64,000 nucleotides of DNA from Alphaproteobacteria bacterium (GTDB lineage Bacteria; Pseudomonadota; Alphaproteobacteria; SHVP01), in contig JAVJOO010000003.1 in assembly GCA_040216735.1 (NCBI GenBank), positions 76,746 through 140,745 on the forward strand, read 5' to 3'. Within the stretch, counting starts at the first letter, position 1. The number at the start of each line of letters is the position of its first letter. The position numbers and the translations under genes are program-made. The notes beneath the pieces are model-generated. The model was given only the letters and a program-made list of their open reading frames with translations, searched no databases and was not told the origin of the DNA. Shown here piece after piece: positions 28,307-37,071 of the stretch.

Positions 28307-29037
28307 GCTGAAACTCCCAGTGAATCGCGGGCGAATGCGGGGTACGTCGCGGCGATCTCGCGACCGACGCTGCCACGAATGAGGCCGAGGGTTGCGGAGT
28401 CCGGTGGGGTCGTCTCGCCGAGGTCGGGGGCGACGTCGTAGTCGAATCCCGTCGCGGCCCGGATGTCGTCGGGCGAGTTGCCCGGGTGTACCGATTGGAG
28501 CATGAAACGCCCTTTGTTCGAGTCGAAGTGGAATAGCGCTTTTCCGGTGATCAACGCATAGGGTCCGCCGCGTCGCCAAACGCCGGGCGGACTGGTTCCC
28601 GCGGCGCTGATGAAGTCCACCTTGGGGACAAGAACCCGGGGATCGTGGTCGGGCCGGAAAAGAATGACGCGCGGGATCATGTAGTACAAAAAGGCTGACC
28701 CGTAGGAGCCGCCGAAGCGTACTTTCGCCCGTGGGTAGTTGCCGATCCCTACGAGATTGATGTTTCCGGCACCGTCGATCTGACCGCCGGAAAAAAAGAA
28801 CGCGTCGATACGCCCCTGCGCGGCGCAATCGAAGAGTTCCTTCCCGCCGTCCGACCAAAACGTATTGCTGGGGTCGCCGAGAATCGACACCCGGGTGGCC
28901 CCACCCGACAGGTGGCGCGTCAACAGGGCCGCCGAAGCCGGGATCGGCGAAGAGACGCCCACGGCGATATGGCGTGTGCCGGTCAACATCCGAGCCATCG
29001 CGGCGATCAAGAGTTCATGTGAGTTGTAGGCCGTCAC
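28303..29037 (-). CDS. CoA-transferase subunit B (family I, 3-oxoacid/glutaconate CoA-transferase beta-like)
   Basis: Family I beta-subunit-like sequence (GIGNYP, SGGQIDGAGNINL); GTG start overlapping the A-subunit stop. Confidence 0.8.
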   Translation of the reverse strand: MTAYNSHELLIAAMARMLTGTRHIAVGVSSPIPASAALLTRHLSGGATRVSILGDPSNTFWSDGGKELFDCAAQGRIDAFFFSGGQIDGAGNINLVGIGNYPRAKVRFGGSYGSAFLYYMIPRVILFRPDHDPRVLVPKVDFISAAGTSPPGVWRRGGPYALITGKALFHFDSNKGRFMLQSVHPGNSPDDIRAATGFDYDVAPDLGETTPPDSATLGLIRGSVGREIAATYPAFARDSLGVSA

Positions 29038-29855
29038 GCCGCCTCGGTGGTAAGGACGTACCGGTCGAGATAGGCCGCAAACCCCGCGGCGCTACGGGAT
29101 GCTTCGGCGTAGGCACGCAGGTGGTCGCCGTCCTCGGTGTACTGACCGGGGAACCCAAGCGGTTTGCACCCCTCCAAATCGAGGGCGATCGCGCTGACGT
29201 AGAACGACGACAGGGTGCCGGCGGCTAACGTTGGGTCATCGAAAAAGTTGCCGGCATAGCGCTTCTCGACCGTCACTAATGTTTGCGCCGATGCGTGCGC
29301 CATGGTGATCAGGTCGCGCTCGCGCCCGACCCAAACGTTGCCCGCGTCGTCGGCCATGGCGCAATGGAACAACGCAATGTCCGGGCCGATCGCGGGGACC
29401 AGCAGGATCGGATCCTGGCCACCGGTGCTCAACGGATTGTCGATGATGGTCCAGTCTGGCCGAACGCCTACGATGTCGGAGCCGAGGACGCCGCGCAGCG
29501 GGAAGAATGGTGCGCCTTTTTCGGCAGCCTGAAGTCCGGCGTGAATGGCTGGGCAGGTCGCTTCTTTGATCTCCAGCGACCCTGCAGTCACCGCTTGCGC
29601 GAATCGCCCGGCCGCACCGTATTCGCCGAGCGACACGCCGGAGGTCTCCAGCGTCGTGACGCAACCGGCGCCGACCAACAGATCGGTCTGTATCCCACCG
29701 GTGGGCACATTGATCAGGCGCAGGTCGCGGGCATTCCGTCGCACCAAGGCGCGCGTAACCCCCATCGCCACGCCGCAGCCGTCGCGAATCACGGCGAGGG
29801 ATGCTCCGTCCGGGATCATTCCGGCCAAGTCGTCGACGGTGGTCCACGTTGTCAT
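29034..29855 (-). CDS. CoA-transferase subunit A (family I alpha-like)
   Basis: TTVDDLAGMIPDGASLAV..., typical alpha-subunit layout; same operon as the B subunit and family III gene. Confidence 0.8.
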   Translation of the reverse strand: MTTWTTVDDLAGMIPDGASLAVIRDGCGVAMGVTRALVRRNARDLRLINVPTGGIQTDLLVGAGCVTTLETSGVSLGEYGAAGRFAQAVTAGSLEIKEATCPAIHAGLQAAEKGAPFFPLRGVLGSDIVGVRPDWTIIDNPLSTGGQDPILLVPAIGPDIALFHCAMADDAGNVWVGRERDLITMAHASAQTLVTVEKRYAGNFFDDPTLAAGTLSSFYVSAIALDLEGCKPLGFPGQYTEDGDHLRAYAEASRSAAGFAAYLDRYVLTTEAA

Positions 29856-29862
29856 TGTGGGA

Positions 29863-30342
29863 CTATACCGAATCGTCGACCGGTCGAACGTGCGACCGGG
29901 CCAAGCGGTGGGTCGCGATCGTCGAAAGGATCACTGCTCCGCCAAAGAGAACGATTCCCAGTCCGATATCGGCTCGTGTCACCAAACTGCCTTCTAGAAA
30001 GAGGATGGTGAGTGCGACCACAAGGACATCCAGCATCGACCACCGCGATATCTTCTCGAACAGGGAAACCAATCGCGGCGCCCAACCGTGCGTCAATCCA
30101 AGGGTCCACACCATTAAGGCGGTTCCGATCTTCAATGCCGGCAACAATACGGTGAAGAGTCCGACGACGGCGAACAAGAAGTAGTCGCCCCCGCGCAGGA
30201 AGGCGATTACTCCGTCGAGCAGAGAAAATTCCTGGTGAAAGACCAGCATGCTGCGGACCGAAATCACTGGCATCCAAAGACCGACCACCAACAGGGGTGC
30301 CGCCGAAATCAAGAGAATTCCCGAAATCCAGTCACGTTTCAT
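29863..30342 (-). CDS. PqiA-like (paraquat-inducible protein A family) small membrane protein
   Basis: 159 aa with 4 predicted TM segments (ILLISAAPLLVVGLWMPVISV, FLFAVVGLFTVLLPALKIG, DVLVVALTILFL, GIVLFGGAVILS); the track's N-terminal extension is rejected. Confidence 0.5.
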   Translation of the reverse strand: MKRDWISGILLISAAPLLVVGLWMPVISVRSMLVFHQEFSLLDGVIAFLRGGDYFLFAVVGLFTVLLPALKIGTALMVWTLGLTHGWAPRLVSLFEKISRWSMLDVLVVALTILFLEGSLVTRADIGLGIVLFGGAVILSTIATHRLARSHVRPVDDSV

Positions 30343-30436
30343 GATTGTTGCAATATCCCTGCGCCGTTCGCTCGCGCCGCACCTTAACCGTTCGTTTACC
30401 ATAAAGCCGGAAGATCGGCGCGAGGGAGGAATCTCG

Positions 30437-31453
30437 ATGCACGCTCTGGCCACCGCCGAAGACCCCGAATTCAATGTTGGCGCCGCGATCCGCGCGATAC
30501 CAGGATCGACGCCGTATCGCCGCAAATGCCTGAACTTCGCGGGCCTGGAAAGCCGCTCGCTACTTTCGCCCAAGGCTTTGGCTTTTCTGCACGAAACGAT
30601 TCAGGTCGTCGGTGCAACCTCTGTACTAGAGATCGGTACCTATTTCGCTGGCGGCACAAAGGTCCTGGCGGATGCGGTCCAGGGACGTGGCGTGGTGGTG
30701 AGCGTCGATAGCAACGCTGCGCGGGCCCCCTACGTCGAAGCGGAGATCGCGACCTGGCCGCAGGCGCTCCAGGAAGCAACAATGTTCTTGCCCCATAGTG
30801 CGGAGCAGCTTTTCTCGACCTTCTCCCGGAAAAAAGAGATTTGGTTCGACCTCTGCGTGGTTGACGGGGACCATCGGCACACTGCCGCACTGGTCGACCT
30901 TCTCAACTGCGCTCGGTTCGCCGCGCCGGGCGCGGTGATTTTGGTCGACGATTCAACCCAACCGGCCGTATTCCATGCGGTGAAGGATTTCCTCGCTCTA
31001 CGACCCGACTGGCAGGAAATCGGCGGGGCGATCGAGGGGCATCGCACCGCCGCCGCATTCTCCTCGCTGCGATCTTCCTTCGAGGGGCTTCCATTCTTAG
31101 TTTTGGTCGGTCCCGAACATCCGCCGCTTGGCCGGCGTCTCCACACGCTCGGTGGGATTGCGGACGGACCGCTACAGGGTATCGAAATTGACCTCGCGCG
31201 GCCGGCGCCGGCCGGTACCTTCCAAGGACGATTTGTCCTGTCCTACACCGATCTAAAACAACCGCACATGCTCCAGGCCGACGCCTCGACCGACATTGTG
31301 GCCGGTGCCCGGACTGCAGTCCTGCGCCTGGCCCACCCGTTGGTGGCGGAAACCGCTCAGCCCGTCAGTATCGACGTCAGCTTGTGCTGGCACGGCCCAG
31401 ATGCGGATAGCGTCCTTGCCCTGGCACGACCGCCGCGCTTTCTCATCGGCTAA
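30437..31453 (+). CDS. class I SAM-dependent methyltransferase (Methyltransf_24/CmcI-TylF-like) with a C-terminal extension of about 120 aa
   Basis: VLEIGTYFAGGTKVLADAV, VVSVDSN, WFDLCVVDGDHRHTAALVDLL, AVILVDD; RBS GGGAGG before ATG 30437. Confidence 0.7.
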   Translation: MHALATAEDPEFNVGAAIRAIPGSTPYRRKCLNFAGLESRSLLSPKALAFLHETIQVVGATSVLEIGTYFAGGTKVLADAVQGRGVVVSVDSNAARAPYVEAEIATWPQALQEATMFLPHSAEQLFSTFSRKKEIWFDLCVVDGDHRHTAALVDLLNCARFAAPGAVILVDDSTQPAVFHAVKDFLALRPDWQEIGGAIEGHRTAAAFSSLRSSFEGLPFLVLVGPEHPPLGRRLHTLGGIADGPLQGIEIDLARPAPAGTFQGRFVLSYTDLKQPHMLQADASTDIVAGARTAVLRLAHPLVAETAQPVSIDVSLCWHGPDADSVLALARPPRFLIG

Positions 31454-33030
31454 TCTAGTCCCAGTGTCCCCGGGTTCATCAGTCCGCGCGGGTCGACCGC
31501 CGCTTTGATCGCGCGCAACAACGCATAGGTCTCGGCGTCGCGCGTTTCACGGTAGGGATATTGCCGCCCGATTTGAAAGTGAACTGCGCCGAAGTCCTTC
31601 GCTAAGGCGGCAATTCCCGCGCGAAGATCACGCACGGTGTCATGAACGTCCTGGCGGCGGTCGTGGGTCGAGAGCCCGCTCAGATAATCGTCGTCGAAAA
31701 AACTCCGCCGCAGTGCGTTGGGCGCGTCAGGAAAAAACAGGCAGGGTTCGATCCGCAACGCCTGGGCGCTCGCGGGAACAATGAAATTGCCCCATTCGAT
31801 TCCGTTCTTATCCAAAATGGCTTGGTTCTCTTCGAAGTATCGCTCCACCGCACCGACGAAGGCCAATGCGCGCGAATGCGGCACAATGCCGTGGACCGGA
31901 ATCCACTGCTTGCCGTCCTGGTTGAACAGGAGGGTAGGGGTTGGAAACGGTCCGGCGCGCACCAGTCGCGGAACGCTTGCTTCGATCTCGGTGCCGCCTG
32001 CGGCGCAAATCGCCTTCGCCTGAGCCATCTTGGCGGTGGCCTCGGTTTCGTTGCGCCCGTCGACCGTGAAATGAATCGAATAGGCGATATCGCGAAACGC
32101 ATGCCGCCCCGCCAACGCGACCTTCGCGGCGTCCCGCATGCCATCCAAGAGGCCGCGGCCTGAGCGAACCACTTGCCCCAGTTTGCGAAAGTCGTCCGCC
32201 AGGCTTTGTTTGCGAATCATGTAGGCCATCAGCAGCGCGTCATAGCCCGAACACTCACTGGTCAGCGCGCGCCGCGCGAGGTCGCTCATCGCCCGGCACA
32301 GCGCCGCGGCATCGGCGAACTCGAAACTTGCGTAGGCAGTTGCGGGCGCGCGCGGAATCAACTTCAGGGTCACCGTTGCTTTGATCCCGAGTGCGCCGGT
32401 ATCGGCCAGGAACAGGCCTGTCAGATCGGGTCCGTAGGTCCGAAAGAACGGCGACGGCGCGAACGGCGTTGCGGCCGAACCGGTCGTCAAGATCGTGCCG
32501 TCGGCCAGCACCACATCCAACCCTAGAACCGAATCTACCGCCGGGCCAAATCGACCGGACCCATAATTGATTGCGTTTTGCGACACCGTGCCGCCCACGG
32601 TCGCGTACTTCCCGGATCCCGTGCCCCAGAACGGTGTGCGCACGCCGTAGGGTTTGAGCGCAGCGTCCAGCGCCTCCCACGTGATACCGGCCTCGACCGT
32701 CACGATCATGTCTTGGGTGTTGAGATCGAGCACACGGTTCATGCGCCGGGTATCGACCAGGACCGACCCGACACCGCCCAAATAGCCGCGGGTGTAGGAC
32801 ATCCCGCCACCGCGCGGTACGACAGCGAGGCCCGCCGATGTCGCGATGGCAACCGCGGCCGCCAGTTCTTCGGTATCGCCGGGGGCGATCACGAGGTCGC
32901 AGGGCGCACCCACGTAAAAGATGTCCGTCGAAAAGAACTGCCGCGTCGGTTCGTCGGAATGAACGTGGGCACCTCCGAGCCGCTGGCGCAGGTGAGCGGC
33001 GCACGATTCGGTCGTTGGGGAGAGAGTCAT
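31450..33030 (-). CDS. FAD-binding oxidoreductase (FAD-linked oxidase/PCMH type; GlcD/D-lactate dehydrogenase-like)
   Basis: FAD_binding_4-like N-terminal region (VIAPGDTEELAAAVAIATSAGLAVVPRGGGMSY), C-terminal FAD-oxidase_C-like region; stops overlap the convergent MT gene. Confidence 0.85.
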   Translation of the reverse strand: MTLSPTTESCAAHLRQRLGGAHVHSDEPTRQFFSTDIFYVGAPCDLVIAPGDTEELAAAVAIATSAGLAVVPRGGGMSYTRGYLGGVGSVLVDTRRMNRVLDLNTQDMIVTVEAGITWEALDAALKPYGVRTPFWGTGSGKYATVGGTVSQNAINYGSGRFGPAVDSVLGLDVVLADGTILTTGSAATPFAPSPFFRTYGPDLTGLFLADTGALGIKATVTLKLIPRAPATAYASFEFADAAALCRAMSDLARRALTSECSGYDALLMAYMIRKQSLADDFRKLGQVVRSGRGLLDGMRDAAKVALAGRHAFRDIAYSIHFTVDGRNETEATAKMAQAKAICAAGGTEIEASVPRLVRAGPFPTPTLLFNQDGKQWIPVHGIVPHSRALAFVGAVERYFEENQAILDKNGIEWGNFIVPASAQALRIEPCLFFPDAPNALRRSFFDDDYLSGLSTHDRRQDVHDTVRDLRAGIAALAKDFGAVHFQIGRQYPYRETRDAETYALLRAIKAAVDPRGLMNPGTLGLD

Positions 33031-33169
33031 TGGCACCGCCTGCGCCGCCGTTTGGGTGGTGCCCTGGCGTCGCGTACAACCATAAGTGTTTTGAGCCGCA
33101 TCAAGGTCTTATTCGTCGAAAATTCGGACAATCATGTTATAAACCCAGTGCGGCATAGAGGAGAAATCA

Positions 33170-33700
33170 ATGAGCAGAAGAAATCTGCGACACGCCATTG
33201 GCGGGATTGCGGCCTTTGGTATTTTTGCCGGTGGTACCGCTCTTGCGGCGACCTCGGGTCAACTAACCCTCACCGGTACCGTTCAACAAATCTTGGCCAT
33301 TACGGTCACGCCGGCAGCGGCAGCGTCGGGGCTCGATCTAACCGGCACCGTCACCCAGCTTAAGGTGGCGACGGTCGTCGCCCAGGCAAACAACCCGACA
33401 GGCTACGCCGTATCCGTCAGTTCACTGAACCAGTCGAGCAGCGACTGTGGCTCGGCCAACGGTCCCTGCTTCCATAGCCCGACGGCAACGACCAACGACG
33501 ATCTGTCGTTTACCTTGCTGCGGGGCGCAGTGGCGATCTCCTTTTCGGGGGATACCGGTACATTCATTTCAAGCGCGGCCCGGACCGCAGTCGGCGGCGA
33601 CTCCTACGATGCCAACGTCTCCTACGACGGCACGTCGGCGAACCTGGACCAGGCAACCGATTACAGCGAGACGCTGACCTTTACGATTTCCGAATCGTAA
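33170..33700 (+). CDS. secreted beta-rich protein, SCPU/Csu-pilin-like or DUF4402-like
   Basis: Signal peptide MSRRNLRHAIGGIAAFGIFAGGTALA; Thr/Val-rich alternating pattern (LTLTGTVQQILAITVTP..., TLTFTISES), paired Cys (DCGSANGPC); RBS AGGAGAAATCAATG. Confidence 0.4.
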   Translation: MSRRNLRHAIGGIAAFGIFAGGTALAATSGQLTLTGTVQQILAITVTPAAAASGLDLTGTVTQLKVATVVAQANNPTGYAVSVSSLNQSSSDCGSANGPCFHSPTATTNDDLSFTLLRGAVAISFSGDTGTFISSAARTAVGGDSYDANVSYDGTSANLDQATDYSETLTFTISES

Positions 33701-33719
33701 TCGAGGTCAGAAAATCAAG

Positions 33720-33752
33720 AAAAAGCCCCGCTTTGGCGGGGCTTTTTTTTGT
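33720..33752. terminator. rho-independent terminator (bidirectional)
   Basis: aaaaagccccgc-tttg-gcggggctttttttt. Confidence 0.7.
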
Positions 33753-33785
33753 GCCTTGATCGAGACGTCCGATCGACCGCGGCCT

Positions 33786-34103
33786 TTACCGGTTGAACTT
33801 AGTGCCTCGGTCGGGTCCAAACAGGCAGTCGCATTCCCTCTCAAACGCAAACACCGCTAGCGCTGCGACACCGACGGCCAGGACGATGTTGCGCCGGTTG
33901 GTAAATGTCTGCTTGTCGTAGAACGCGACGCATTCGCCGTAACCCGGGCTGTCCTCGCGATACCCTTGGCCGATGCACTTCTGAGCGCTCGTTGCACGCG
34001 GCTGTCCCGACCCGAACGGATTGAACAAGATGGAGGGGCCGCCTGCACACGCGGAGACCATTAGGCACAGCGCGGTCAATACCGCGAAACGGTGACGTGG
34101 CAC
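33786..34103 (-). CDS. small lipoprotein (about 105 aa) with C-terminal TM helix
   Basis: GTG start giving MPRHRFAVLTALCLMVSAC (lipobox VSAC); C-terminal hydrophobic IVLAVGVAALAVFAF; the track's longer N-terminal part is Arg-rich and rejected. Confidence 0.35.
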   Translation of the reverse strand: MPRHRFAVLTALCLMVSACAGGPSILFNPFGSGQPRATSAQKCIGQGYREDSPGYGECVAFYDKQTFTNRRNIVLAVGVAALAVFAFERECDCLFGPDRGTKFNR

Positions 34104-34111
34104 GTGGCGGC

Positions 34112-35008
34112 TTACTCGAAGTTTGCGGCGTCGTATTGCGCGGCGTTGTTGAGGATGTTTTCGGTCTCCAGCAATTCGTTGATTTGTTTGAAGTCGAACA
34201 TCCGATTGCGGAACGCGTTGGTGGACCCATGCTTCTTCAGACTGGCGAAATACTCGCCGGCCAACAGGCTGTAGGCGCGAAACAAGCCGCCCGGGAAGAT
34301 CACGATGGAGTAGCCCAGTTCCTTCAGGGCCTGGGCGTCCGTCACCGGTGTCGAGCCGCCTTCGACCATGTTGGCCAACAGCGGCGCGCGGCCCTTGAAC
34401 CGGGCGCACATATCGCGCTGCTGATCCTCGTTCTCCGGCGCCTCGACGAACAAGATATCGGCGCCCGCCTCGACATATCGTTCGGCCCGCTCGATGGCCT
34501 TGTCATAGCCCTCTACCGCAATCGCGTCGGTCCGGCCGATGATCAGAAAATCGTCCGACCGGCGGGCGTCGGCCGCCGCCTTGATCTTGCCCACCATCTC
34601 GCCGGTCGAGATCAGGCTCTTGCCCTTCAAATGTCCGCAGCGTTTGGGAAAGGTTTGGTCTTCGAGTTGGATCGCGGTCGCCCCGGACGCCTCGAACAAC
34701 CGCACCGTGCGCTGGGTGTTGATGGCGTTGCCCCAGCCGGTATCGCCGTCCACGATCAACGGCAGGCTGACCCGTTCCGAGATCAGCGACACGGTCGTCG
34801 CCACTTCGTTCATCGACACCAAGCCGATATCGGGCATCCCTAGCCGGGTATAGGCAATCGAGGCACCGGTGATATAGGCCACGGAGAAGCCGGCCTGCTG
34901 CACCATCATTGCGGAAAAGGCATCAAAGCAGCCCGGCGCGATAATGATGTCGCCGCCGGCCAGTTGATCTTTCAGGGAGGGGTAGGGGCCGTGTCCGTTG
35001 GTGCTCAC
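34112..35008 (-). CDS. isocitrate lyase/PEP mutase family enzyme (2-methylisocitrate lyase / carboxyvinyl-carboxyphosphonate phosphorylmutase-like)
   Basis: Family signature KRCGH (FPKRCGHLKGK), IIGRTDA, GADILFVEAP; GTG start with AGGA RBS. Confidence 0.85.
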   Translation of the reverse strand: MSTNGHGPYPSLKDQLAGGDIIIAPGCFDAFSAMMVQQAGFSVAYITGASIAYTRLGMPDIGLVSMNEVATTVSLISERVSLPLIVDGDTGWGNAINTQRTVRLFEASGATAIQLEDQTFPKRCGHLKGKSLISTGEMVGKIKAAADARRSDDFLIIGRTDAIAVEGYDKAIERAERYVEAGADILFVEAPENEDQQRDMCARFKGRAPLLANMVEGGSTPVTDAQALKELGYSIVIFPGGLFRAYSLLAGEYFASLKKHGSTNAFRNRMFDFKQINELLETENILNNAAQYDAANFE

Positions 35009-35162
35009 GATGTCTATCCTGTTCGTTCGTTTTGGGGCTGCGGCAACGCAAAAGCGCAGGGTTCTTGGTATTCTTAGGCCAATTCGACCGCGTTATCGGT
35101 CCGCGATGGTTTACCATAGTCGATCAACCCAGGGAGCCGAAAGGCATCGCGGGAGAGGCGGT

Positions 35163-35417
35163 ATGGACGAAGACGGACCCTACATTACTTGGCGGATTGC
35201 GGTTGCCCTGATCGTCGCGGGAATCGGGACATTCGCGGTGGGCGTCGGCGGCTGGGTCTGGTTCTCGGTCTCTGCCTTGCCCACCGTAAGTGCTGCTGGG
35301 CTGTCGATTCTGATCATTCCGGGGACCGTCCTGTTCATTCTGCTCCTCGGATTTCTCTGGTATCACATGTTCAATCTGATGCTTACCGTGCTGCGGGCGG
35401 ATGAACACGATTCCTAG
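35163..35417 (+). CDS. small membrane protein (84 aa, 2 TM)
   Basis: MDEDGPYITWRIAVALIVAGIGTFAVGVGGWVWF...; RBS GGGAGAGG 6 nt upstream. Confidence 0.4.
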   Translation: MDEDGPYITWRIAVALIVAGIGTFAVGVGGWVWFSVSALPTVSAAGLSILIIPGTVLFILLLGFLWYHMFNLMLTVLRADEHDS

Positions 35418-35468
35418 CCCAACCGCTTAGGGCACTGTTAAGGTTTGCGCCTATTCAGGAGGAAAGCC

Positions 35469-36326
35469 ATGGCCAATCTTGCCGAAGTTGCCCCCGATGC
35501 CGAATCCGCGCTCAAACCCGGTTCGGCGTCCCATCAGGTCTTGACCTATCTGCGCACGATGGAAGCCCGCGATCTCGCGGCCGCCAAAGCGATGCTGGCA
35601 CCGGGGTTTCACATGGTGTTTCCCGGTGATTGCCATTTCGACACGCTGGAAGATCTCATCGCCTACGGGAAGGGCCGTCAGGGGACGGCCCTCAAGACGT
35701 TCGACCGGTTCGACGAGGCCGAAACCGCGGACGGCACCGTCGTTTACGCCTGGGGCACGCTGTACGGCAAAAAATTGGACATGAAAACGGCCTATAGCGG
35801 TATTCGTTTCGTCGATCGCTTTCTCGTGCGCGATGGCAAATTTGTCAGCCAGATGGTGTGGAATGATATGGGCGAGCATGGCTTTGGCCCTGGCGATCGT
35901 CCGATCCCGCCAAATCCGCCCCCGCGCGGCGACGACACCGCCGTCGGGCCAGCCTCAAAGACGGTGCTCAAGTACTTGCGCACGATGGAGGTTCGCGACC
36001 TCGATACGGCCCGTGCGATGTTGGGGAAGGGCTTCTACACGATCTTCATGGGCGGCCATCGCTTTACCACGCCGGAAGAACTCGTCGCCTTCCAAAAGGG
36101 CCGTTCGCAAAACAGCTGGAAGGCCTTCCAGCGTTTCGACGAAATCGAAGCCCCGGACGGCACGGTCGTTTTTTGTTTCGGGACGCTCCAGGGCGAAAAG
36201 CCCGGCGGGACGCCCTACCAAAACATCCGCTATGTCGACCGTTTCACCCTGCGCGACGGCAAGATTGTCGATCAAATGGTGTGGAACGACATGGCCGAAC
36301 ACGGCTTCGCCAGGACGCGGGTCTGA
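35469..36326 (+). CDS. tandem-duplicated NTF2-like/SnoaL-like domain protein
   Basis: Two collinear repeats of about 130 aa: VLTYLRTMEARDLAAAKAML...VWNDMGEHGF and VLKYLRTMEVRDLDTARAML...VWNDMAEHGF; RBS AGGAGGAAAG. Confidence 0.7.
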   Translation: MANLAEVAPDAESALKPGSASHQVLTYLRTMEARDLAAAKAMLAPGFHMVFPGDCHFDTLEDLIAYGKGRQGTALKTFDRFDEAETADGTVVYAWGTLYGKKLDMKTAYSGIRFVDRFLVRDGKFVSQMVWNDMGEHGFGPGDRPIPPNPPPRGDDTAVGPASKTVLKYLRTMEVRDLDTARAMLGKGFYTIFMGGHRFTTPEELVAFQKGRSQNSWKAFQRFDEIEAPDGTVVFCFGTLQGEKPGGTPYQNIRYVDRFTLRDGKIVDQMVWNDMAEHGFARTRV

Positions 36327-36334
36327 CCGGTCGG

Positions 36335-36952
36335 ATGTCGTCCGTGAAAAAGATCATCGTCGGTATCAGCGGCGCCTCGGGCGCAATCTTCGGGATTCGC
36401 CTGCTTGAGGTCCTTCGTGCGGCGCCCGACGTCGAGACTCATTTGATCGTCAGCAAATGGGGACAACAAACCCTCGAACACGAAACCGCACACACCGCCA
36501 AAGCAGTCCGTGCAATGGCAGATGTTGCCTATGCCGCGGGTGAAATGGGTGCGGCGGTATCATCCGGTTCGTTTCGCACCGATGGGATGGTCATCGTCCC
36601 CTGTTCCATGCGCACGCTGGGGTGCATCGCCAACGGTTATGGCGATTCTTTGATCCATCGAGCCGCCGACGTTGTGCTGAAAGAACGGCGTCGGTTGATC
36701 GTGGTGCCGCGCGAGACTCCGTTGTCGGAGATCCACCTCGAAAACATGCTCAAGCTCGCGCGCATGGGGGTCACGATCCTGCCCAGCGACCCAGCCTTCT
36801 ATGCCCATCCCAAGACGATCGACGATTTGGTCGACCACACCGTCGCGCGGATCCTCGATCAACTCGACATCGACTCCGACCTGATTGAGCGCTGGAGCGG
36901 TGACATGCACGGTGCGGGGCCCGTGGTTCCGCTGCATCCTAAGGGCGCGTAG
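36335..36952 (+). CDS. ubiX: flavin prenyltransferase UbiX/Pad1 family (prFMN synthase)
   Basis: KKIIVGISGASGAIFGIRLLEVL, MVIVPCSMRTLGCIANGYGDSLIHRAADVVLKERRRLIVVPRETPL. Confidence 0.85.
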   Translation: MSSVKKIIVGISGASGAIFGIRLLEVLRAAPDVETHLIVSKWGQQTLEHETAHTAKAVRAMADVAYAAGEMGAAVSSGSFRTDGMVIVPCSMRTLGCIANGYGDSLIHRAADVVLKERRRLIVVPRETPLSEIHLENMLKLARMGVTILPSDPAFYAHPKTIDDLVDHTVARILDQLDIDSDLIERWSGDMHGAGPVVPLHPKGA

Positions 36953-37071
36953 CGGCAACTGCTGCACAAATCGGCTCTTTCCGGCCTTCCCCGCCGCTAG
37001 CCGCCGTTTCTTGTTGGATGACGAACCCAACCAGAAAGCGTTAAACTGCGCCTCGAACCCAGGAGGTAGCG

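Noticed and set aside
27113-28858. 184-aa Arg-rich N-terminal extension of the CaiB-like CoA-transferase in the track
   Set aside because: Extension is R/P-rich, overlaps the upstream gene, and an internal ATG (28306) gives the canonical MKVIDLS N-terminus with ATGA coupling. Similar track extensions were trimmed for the HD-GYP, cytochrome c, SDR, PqiA-like, isochorismatase, class II aldolase, MT3 and CN-hydrolase genes.
36335-36952. UbiD-family decarboxylase partner for UbiX
   Set aside because: No ORF in the window has UbiD-like length or motifs; reported as an orphan context rather than a UbiXD pair.
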